Source of the DNA: Chrysochromulina tobinii
Taxonomy: Eukaryota
Reading direction: 5' to 3'
Assembly (NCBI GenBank): GCA_001275005.1
Contig: JWZX01002794.1
Location: forward strand, 1 to 36,299
Length of the DNA stretch: 36,299 nt
In this document: piece after piece, positions 19,278 through 26,856 of the stretch
Layout: the number at the start of each line of letters is the position of its first letter
Numbering within the stretch: position 1 is the first letter of the stretch
Position numbers and translations under genes: made by a program
Notes under the pieces: model-generated
Databases searched by the model: none
The model's input: only the letters and a program-made list of their open reading frames with translations
What the model was told of the DNA's origin: nothing

Positions 19278-20876
19278 TTAATCGTCTTCGCCCTCGCCTG
19301 CCTCATCATCGGTGCTTCCGGCCTCGAGCCATTGGCCAAATGCGTCGAGCTTGCGCTCCTGCTCCTCGACAGACTCCTGGCCGGCCGGCGTGCTGCCCTC
19401 GCTCGCGCCCGCCGCGCCCGCTGCCGCCCGCTGGACAGCAAGCGCGCGATAGTCAGAGACGCCATCGTAGATCTCGCAGCGCACGTTGGCCTGCCCAAAC
19501 TGGCGGTCCTGGAGCATGGCCACGCAGCGCTCGGCATCGTCAATGCTCTTGAAGCGCACCGCGGCTGCGCCGCGCTCGCTGCCCTCGAAGATCGTCACCC
19601 TGTCCACTGCTCCCGCCTTGGCACATTCAACTTGCACATCCTGCTTGAGGTTTGCATAAAAGTCGGCATCCGCTTGCGCGGCGGCCGCTTCGTCAAAGAG
19701 GCCGGTGATAATCACGGTGGCGTTACGCCTGCCGCCGCCCAGCCCCTCCTCCCATTCCGCCAGCGCACGCTGCTCTAAAAGCCGCTGCCTCTTGCGCAGC
19801 ATCGCCGTCTCCTTGCTCTCTCGCTTGGGCACCTCGCCCTCACGCTTCTCAAACTTGGCCGGCTGGACGGTCAGGCGCCGTCCCGAGCGCAGCTCGTAGC
19901 CGTCACGGAGCGTCACGGCGAGCGCGACCGACTCGGGTTTGAGGAAGCTCACGAGCGCATCGCCCTTCGGGTGCCCCTCCGGCGTGCGGTAGATTCGAAT
20001 GCGAAGGGCGCCGCTGACTGGGTCGGTCTTGAGCAGCCCCGCCACCTTGAAGCAGCCAGCCAGCTCGTCCTCGGTCACGTCCTCGGTCAGTCCGTTTACA
20101 TAGACATTGCACCCGCCGTCCGCCTTGAACTTGCTCTTCTTCGAGCGGTTTCGCTTGGGCTTCGCGCCGTCCGCAGTGGGTGCGCCGTTGGCGAGCGCCA
20201 CGGCCGCGCTGTCGGAACCCGTGGTACCAGCGCCGGCCGAAGAAGAGGCCAAGGAGGAGGCTGCCACGGCTGTCGTGCCGATCTCCGCTGCGCCCCCTCT
20301 GGCTTCCGCGTCTTTGCTGGCGGCGCGCGGTGGCCAACTGAGGTCGTCATCCGGATCGTAGGCCATCTGTGCCGCACGATGAAGAGCTGCGGCCCGCTCG
20401 ACCGCCTCGTCGTCGTCCTCATCGTCATTGTGCTGCATGAGCACGGCGCGCAGCTCGTCGATACTTCCCAGCTCTTGCCATGATGCCATGCCCTGGCACC
20501 ACAAGGAGGTGAGTCCGTCGACCTCGCCGCGCCGGAGCAGCATACCCAGCTGCTCCGGGGTCACGCCACCACGCTGCCGCCCGCTGGCATCAAGATAGTA
20601 CCACAGATCGGATGGCAGCGGCGGCGGCTGTGCTAGTGAGGAGAGATGGGTGAACACTTCGGTGACTTCCGCGATCGTGGCCCAGCTGCTCAGGCCCTCT
20701 CGCCAGATCGGCGTGGCGCCATGGATGTGCCCGCTAACCCACAGCACGCGAAGCTGTGCAATCGTACACGGCCCTTTGGCTGGCTGGCCGGCACCATCCG
20801 TGTAGTAGTAGACGGCTACTGGAGCACTCACGCGCGTCGCCGCGTCTTCATCTTCGCACTCCTCCTCTTGCTGCAT
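19278..20876 (-). CDS. HTATSF1: HIV Tat-SF1 / CUS2 / UAP2 U2-snRNP splicing factor with two GYF_2 domains, an RRM and a UHM
   Basis: Likely ATG at 20876 (MQQEEE). GYF_2 domains: YYYTDGAGQPAKGPC...IWREGLSSW and WYYLDASGRQRGGV...LWCQGMASW. RRM: NVYVNGL...RIRIYR...KGDALVSFLKPESVALA...VQPAKF. UHM: DVQVECAKAGAVDRV...VRFKS...RQFG. Confidence 0.9.
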   Translation of the reverse strand: MQQEEECEDEDAATRVSAPVAVYYYTDGAGQPAKGPCTIAQLRVLWVSGHIHGATPIWREGLSSWATIAEVTEVFTHLSSLAQPPPLPSDLWYYLDASGRQRGGVTPEQLGMLLRRGEVDGLTSLWCQGMASWQELGSIDELRAVLMQHNDDEDDDEAVERAAALHRAAQMAYDPDDDLSWPPRAASKDAEARGGAAEIGTTAVAASSLASSSAGAGTTGSDSAAVALANGAPTADGAKPKRNRSKKSKFKADGGCNVYVNGLTEDVTEDELAGCFKVAGLLKTDPVSGALRIRIYRTPEGHPKGDALVSFLKPESVALAVTLRDGYELRSGRRLTVQPAKFEKREGEVPKRESKETAMLRKRQRLLEQRALAEWEEGLGGGRRNATVIITGLFDEAAAAQADADFYANLKQDVQVECAKAGAVDRVTIFEGSERGAAAVRFKSIDDAERCVAMLQDRQFGQANVRCEIYDGVSDYRALAVQRAAAGAAGASEGSTPAGQESVEEQERKLDAFGQWLEAGSTDDEAGEGEDD

Positions 20877-21049
20877 CGCAAGCGGTGCACGCAAGCGGCG
20901 ACCCCTCGTGGGTGAGGCTGGGCGAGAGCATGTGGGCGCCTCGTCTGGCACCCCGTTGAAATGAAGGTGTGAATTAGAACCATTATCTGTGAACACCGTA
21001 ATGAAAGACACGGGGGAAGCCTACCCTCGTGCACGTCGCGATACAGTAA

Positions 21050-22345
21050 CTATACGAATGCTGCATCAGCATGTCGCAGCGGGCATCCGCGGCACTCCCA
21101 GGAGTCACCGTGAGAGACGTGTTCAAGATAGTCTAGGCCACCACTGTGCGCGCAGCAAGGGGCAGTGCCACCGCAATAATAGCAGTAGCCCAGAACCTCC
21201 GAGCCGTGGGACGCGTTGCTCGCAGTGATGTACTTTTGTAGTCCACCTAAGGTTGGGACACCATCGAATGGCACGGTCTGCAGCGGTACACCCGCGACAC
21301 AGTCATCACGAGCCTGTATAAGCGCCCCAAGAGTGTTGATCACTGTCCCCGCGCCTAGCCGGTCGACGCCACTTTGAACGCGAGCATAAAACTGCCACTT
21401 GATGTCACTTCGCATCACTTGTTGCGTCGCTTTCAAGTTCTCAATCATCGGCTGAGAGCCATTGTACAGAAAAAAGGCGCGTCCCCCCACATCGAGCATT
21501 ATCTGCTGGTACTCGATAATGATAAACGAATGTGGCATGAACTCAAGTGCCACAGTGCATGGGTTCGCGAAAGCCCAGTTTGCATTCTGGGCGCCGTGTG
21601 GACCGATGAGAAGCTGGTGACGACGAACAGCCTGCAGCTGCTGCACAAGGGTCAGGTTGTCATTGACCCAGACCTCTGCGCTTTGAACGCGTTTTATAGC
21701 AGATGCCGAGTGGAGCTGCTGGTGTCGGCCCTGGAGCATGGCCACGAAACGGCGAGCATCCGGCCAGCCACGCGAGTCGAGCCGATTCAGCACGCCAACG
21801 CTCAGCGGAGCGCTTGAGTCCTCTGCCAGCGTCGTCTCTGGTTTGACGAAGATGGATACGAGGCGCTGCGCCATCCAAGGCTGTGCGAAGAACGAGTCAC
21901 CATCGCCTGCCATGAGACTGCGAGTAACAACGCTGTACACGTATGAGCAGTTTTTCGGTACCTGTCTTGGGTCCACGAAGCGTGCACCCATGGCATCCAT
22001 CAATCTCTCCGACCACATGCTATTCCAGTGTGTCCGACGATGGATGGTGTCAACAATGATTTTCTCCACGGGCTGTCCGTGGCGCTCCTCCAGCAGCAAC
22101 CAGAAGCTCCAACATTTGAATAAGTACTGCACCGAGTGCCCGATCGCCCCAGCGCTCCAATCCCAATACACAGTGCCAGCAGTTCTTTTACGAATGAGGC
22201 AGACTGCTGACCACTGGTGTGTGCTATTCGAGCATGGCGTCGCCGAAATGCTAAGGTTGCTGAGGTCGAACGTGGGCTGACTCGCACTCCGTTGCACGAG
22301 CGTCCACTCGATGGACGTGTTCGAGTCGGCTATCACGGCTGGCAT
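21050..22345 (-). CDS. Glycosyltransferase family 61 (DUF563-like)
   Basis: GT61 core: VGVLNR...R, LTLVQQLQAV, LIGPHGAQNANWAFANPCTVALEFMP. No N-terminal signal anchor is seen, so the 5' end may be incomplete. Confidence 0.8.
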   Translation of the reverse strand: MPAVIADSNTSIEWTLVQRSASQPTFDLSNLSISATPCSNSTHQWSAVCLIRKRTAGTVYWDWSAGAIGHSVQYLFKCWSFWLLLEERHGQPVEKIIVDTIHRRTHWNSMWSERLMDAMGARFVDPRQVPKNCSYVYSVVTRSLMAGDGDSFFAQPWMAQRLVSIFVKPETTLAEDSSAPLSVGVLNRLDSRGWPDARRFVAMLQGRHQQLHSASAIKRVQSAEVWVNDNLTLVQQLQAVRRHQLLIGPHGAQNANWAFANPCTVALEFMPHSFIIIEYQQIMLDVGGRAFFLYNGSQPMIENLKATQQVMRSDIKWQFYARVQSGVDRLGAGTVINTLGALIQARDDCVAGVPLQTVPFDGVPTLGGLQKYITASNASHGSEVLGYCYYCGGTAPCCAHSGGLDYLEHVSHGDSWECRGCPLRHADAAFV

Positions 22346-22515
22346 GAATGGATCTGAGGTGTGGGCACACTAAAAAGACTCGCCGCGGCTGTGAACGCGT
22401 GCAGTGAAAGCACTGACTCTTTTGCACTGACCCAACCCTCGCTGGATGCTGCGATCCCGCGCTGCATTCGCACTTGCAGATGCACTACACACATCATTGG
22501 CCAAGAGGAGTAGCT

Positions 22516-24483
22516 TCAGAGCCATTCTACCGGTGTCGCCGAGCAGGGACGAAGCTTGGTATGCTCTGTGGATTTCGTCACTCCGTTGCCGACTATTTCG
22601 ACGTCGACGTCCATCCGCCTGTCTTCGTCACGTGCCCCCGCTTCAGCATCCCTCCACCGACGCGCGCACAAACGTGCGCGCCACCAGCCGCCCTCGCACA
22701 GCACCTGTGATGATGGACGCAATGAGAGGCCATCAACGGAATCATCAGAGGTCAGCAGAAGTCATCAGAGGTCATCAGAGGTTCATCAGAGGTCCTTCGC
22801 AAAGCACCTTCGAAAAGCACCTCAAGCGGCCAGCCGATCTGCAATCAGAGGTCATCAGTGGTCATCAGTGGTCATCAGTGATCATCAGAGGCAATCAAGC
22901 GGCAATCACCTCGAGCTTGCCAGCCGATCTGCAGCGTCTCGAGCCAGCGTGCCGATTTGGGCGGGGATGGTTGCATTGGCCGGAGCTGGCAGAGAGCGAC
23001 CAGGTCCGCAATGGGCTCGCCATCGTCGTCGTCGAGCGTGTCGTACCTGATGAGGCAGGCCATCAGAGGTCATCAGAGGTCATCAGAGGTCATCAGGCGC
23101 TGCTCGTACCTGATGAGGCAGGCCATCAGAGGTCATCAGAAGAGTGCGCGGGCGCAGTGGGGAGTGCGGGCGCAGTGTGAGGCTCGGTGTCGTACTCGAC
23201 GAGCACTAGCGGCGAGTCGCGCGGTGCAGATTTGATCGACGGAGGTACTCGGATGACTGTGGCGGGAAAGAAACTGCCGCGAGCCCAGCCTCATGCATCG
23301 CCACCTGATGAAGGAGGCAATCGAGGTCATCAATGGAGTCCTCGATGGTGTCATCATAGGCCATCAGAGGTCATTAAATTTCATCAGTCATTTTTTATAA
23401 ATGGTCATCAGTGCAATCATCAGTGGCAATTACCTCGACTCGAGCCATCGGACAGAGAGACATTGTGCCCGGGGCGTCGCTGGCAGCCTCGACCGGAGCT
23501 GACGCAGACCGCTCGTCAGGGCTGATGTATTGTGGAGGCCAACTCGGAAAGCAGCGGCCAACGAGTGGGGACGGCGTGAACAGCTCTGGCTGCTGTGAAT
23601 GAGTGAACAACCCTGTGGGCGTCATGCATGTGACCGGAGGCGGCTGCTGTGTGAGTACTCGGCTGGGAGAATGGGCGTATATGTCTGCCTTCTTGTCCTT
23701 TTCTCGCGGCGTAGATGGGTACAGGAGGTTCTCTGGGAGGATGAGATGTCTGTTCCTCGCATAGCAAAGCGCGGCTTCCTCTGCCGTGGCAAACATGCCG
23801 AGGAAGCACGTCCCACCACCACTGGGCACGCAGATCTGCGCCCGGTATCTCTTGCCGCTTTGTTTGTTGCCACTTGCCTGACTGGACACACAAACGACGT
23901 TCCGAAACCCAGACGTGGAACCACTGCCCTTGCCAGCGCCTTTGCCCTCTTCGGCTTTGAGCAGCTCAAGGCCCTCCCTGGCGACAGCCTCGTGCACCTG
24001 CGCCACTGACATCGGCTCCTGTCGGACGATTCGTGACTTGTCGAGGACGCCTGGACCATGCCTGACATTGCGCTTTTCGACGTCGAGCATGTCATGATCC
24101 GGACCGGACACAAACTTTGCCACCCATGCCTCCGCGCGAGCCTTGGCCTGTGCAAGCTTCGTCGCCTCGGGCGTCGTCTTGTAGAGCTCGAAGGCGTCGA
24201 TGCATTCGTACTCCTCGAGGTCTTCCTCGTCGCCGTCGTCATGGTCCACATGGAACAGCGGCGGCTCGTCCTCGCCATCGCCGGCGGGCAGCCAACGCGT
24301 GATCCGGCCGACCACCGTCAGGCCACCCTCAAAGGGGCGCGCGACGCGACGCCCGAGGTACTCGTGGCCCTCGTCGCGCCAGCCCTCTTCGAGCTCGGCG
24401 GGACGCGGAGGCTTGGGCGGGTTCTCGTCCGCGCCCTTCGTCGGCTCCTTGGACAGCTCTTGAAGCGCCGCACCTGAGAGCAT
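22516..24483 (-). CDS. Tudor-like + AP2 DNA-binding + tandem Agenet domain protein (two 1-nt indels in this assembly; possible pseudogene)
   Basis: Exons 23434-24483, 23196-23304, 22910-23046 and 22516-22704. Tudor-like: GRRVARPF...GRITRW...FHVDHDDGDEEDL. AP2: SGFRNV...RYRAQI...FLGMFATAEEAALCYAR. Agenet pair: RVE|VAMHEAGL/GSFFPATVI...LVE|YDTLDDDDGEP...LRP...IGW..E|VLCEGGWWRAR...LRP. The model needs +1 nt near 23279 and -1 nt near 22917. Confidence 0.7.
22705..23433 (-). repeat. Intronic 10-nt minisatellite (CATCAGAGGT on +, ACCTCTGATG on the transcribed strand) in three introns
   Basis: Arrays at about 22731-22793, 22843-22891, 23061-23096, 23124-23140 and degenerate 23330-23425. All lie within introns and share one orientation. 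Confidence 0.9.
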
Positions 24484-25527
24484 GTGAGAGCGCTTCCGGC
24501 TTCTTTATGTAAGCGCACTTTTCGCAAGGGGGGTCCGCGGTCCACTAGGATTCCTATTAGAAAAGTTTTTCTTTTGTCTCACCGGACCGTACCTAACGAG
24601 GCGGGCGACCATCGGGTGGCTGGAACTCCCCCTTGGCAGGGGGCGGTTCGTTGGCCCCTCCCTACGTGCCACCCCCACAAGTATAACGGCCTATACGGCC
24701 CGGGGTTCATCAGTGTGATGACACCCGGTGACACCTTACCCCCCCCTCCCGACACATCGAACCCCCCTTTTCCGTAGGGGAAGTTCGGGAGGTTGTGGAA
24801 ACACCATCCACCCTGGGGAGGATTTTTCGATGCATTTCACGGCCCGCCCCCGGATGGGGGGGCGTCGCGCCGTAGGGCGACGGCGTCGTGGTGGTTCTCG
24901 TCGTGACCGACCCCTTAAGGGGAGCCGGCCGCGCCCACCCCCTGGGGGGGAGGGCGGTGACGAGGCGGTGACGGAGGTAAGTTCCTGCGCGGGTTTCGGT
25001 TGCAGGGTGTCAGTTACTTAATCGATGGATTCGGGGTGTCAATCAGGAATCCGCGAAATTCATCAAAAATCAGAGTCTGCAATCCTGCAACGATTTTTGC
25101 GGATTTTGTTTTTCTTTTTTTCTTTTTTGCGCGAAGACATAGTCATGTCACATCTTGTCCGAGCTCGATCGTTCGCTGCGCTGATGTCGCTGGGGTGAAC
25201 CGCGGAGCGGTTCGCGTCATAGGGAATCTGCTGGATTCCTGACGGGCGTTTCGGACAAGGTCGGCGATTGTGAGCGGCATGTCGAAGTGGACGTGCAGGG
25301 CTCCGAATTCGATTGGTTGGTCGTTTGATGGTCTATAGCCGGAGGGAGCAAAGCCCCCACGCAGCATCTTCAAGAAGGTGCTCGAGGGCGTCCTTGAAGT
25401 AGGAGCTCGTCTTTGAGGCCGAGCGTGATGGTGACCGCCATTGTGCGAGGGTCGGGCTGTGAGAGGGGTGGACGCGCGGAGATCCTGTGTAAGGTCTCTT
25501 GGACCATAAAAAGCCGTTAGGGCTTTG

Positions 25528-26368
25528 TAGTGGGAATAATGTTCACAGATCGGGTTAATGTTCGCTAACTTACCACGAGTTCATGAACATTAACCCGTAG
25601 GTCTAACTTACTTCCCGCTGGATGGCGTGTTCACAGTTTCATGTTCCAAGTTCGTGGTTAACGATACGTCCATGTAATACTTGTTAACCTGGCCTGTTAA
25701 GTTAACCTTATGACCCTTATACGATACATGTCCGTGTTCATGTAAGGGAGCGCATGTTAAAGTTTTAGTTAATGTTATTGAGGTAAACTCACCTTGAGGT
25801 GTGTATCCCCCCGTGCAGGACTTTGAAGTGTGTATGCCTCCGGGACGATCGCGTCGTGTCGGTGTGAACGGGTTTCGGCGGAAAATGGTGCAACTTCGTC
25901 TTCGCGCGGATGCGCATGCCGCTCCTCCTCTTTCTGAGGGAGATGGTCATTGCATGGGTCATGCATGTGTACTAGTATCACATCTCGCTGCAGCTGCCTT
26001 GAGGTTTGGCCGCAGTGGAGGATGATGCTATGTGTCTTTTGAGTGTGTTATTCTCAATTCTCGAATTCTGTGCGGTGTGTTTATCGACTTATCGTTGTGA
26101 TAACATGAACATGAACATTGAACATTGTTAAGGTTACATTTTTGTGATCTGTGAACATATCTGTGAATCATGACATGGACGTTGCGTTAACATTCTCGGG
26201 GTCGGGTCTCGGGTGAACCTCGAACATGGAACATTAACAGCAAACTTGCTTCCCGCTGGATGGCGTGTTCTTAGTTAATGATAAGCATTCGTAGATTGGG
26301 TTAATGTTCGATGAACTTGTCACAAAGTTAGCGAACATTAACCCGATCTGTGAACATTATTCCCACTG
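25528..26368. mobile_element. Non-autonomous TIR DNA transposon (MITE-like, hAT-like YAGTG ends), ~840 bp
   Basis: Perfect 43-bp inverted repeat 25529-25571 / 26325-26367, extending imperfectly to about 70 bp. AT-rich subterminal regions carry many ATGTTC/GAACAT/GTTAA motifs. A 22-bp internal direct repeat cttcccgctggatggcgtgttc occurs at ~25611 and ~26249. No transposase ORF and no clear TSD. Confidence 0.75.
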
Positions 26369-26423
26369 CACCCCATACCAGAAGGGTGTGAAACATAAGC
26401 AGACGGCATTAAATACACTTACA

Positions 26424-26568
26424 GGGAGACCACAGGGCACACCAAGCATGCCGCAATCCCATGTACCACACTCTCACGATGCCAGGAGACCAAGTACCGG
26501 GTACACCAAGCATGCCCGTTCCCGCATGTTACCAGGCTTACCACACTCATGTTACCACACTCTCACGC
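26424..26568 (+). repeat. Degenerate ~60-bp direct repeat x2
   Basis: ggagacca...ggg(c/t)acaccaagcatgcc...catg(t)taccacactctcacg occurs twice. Confidence 0.65.
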
Positions 26569-26856
26569 CGGTATCTCCTTTTGATCCCCCCCACCGCACT
26601 TCAGGGGGTCCCGCCAAATGGTAGGCTTGGTCAGTTACAACTCTCTCTCTCTCTCTCTCCACGCGTTCGCCTCCCCCATTCTGCCCTCGTTCGTCGTGTG
26701 CGGTGCGCTGGGTAACCTGGGGTGCTGCCGAACCATTACCCTCGGTTATGCTCATGCTCCGCGCGTACGCTCCCCCTTTCTGCCCTCGTTCGTCGTGCGC
26801 CAAATTCTGATCACTCGATGATCTCGTCCTCTTTGGAGCCGGCTCCTTCGAGCTCT

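Noticed and set aside
22730..23140. Multiple CTGATGA motifs on the minus strand (hammerhead ribozyme core)
   Set aside because: They are part of the 10-mer satellite, with no stem II followed by GAAA and no closing stems.
22446..23180. Plus-strand 244-aa ORF with SSEVIRGHQR repeats
   Set aside because: It is the antisense translation of the intronic satellite; the real exons are on the minus strand.
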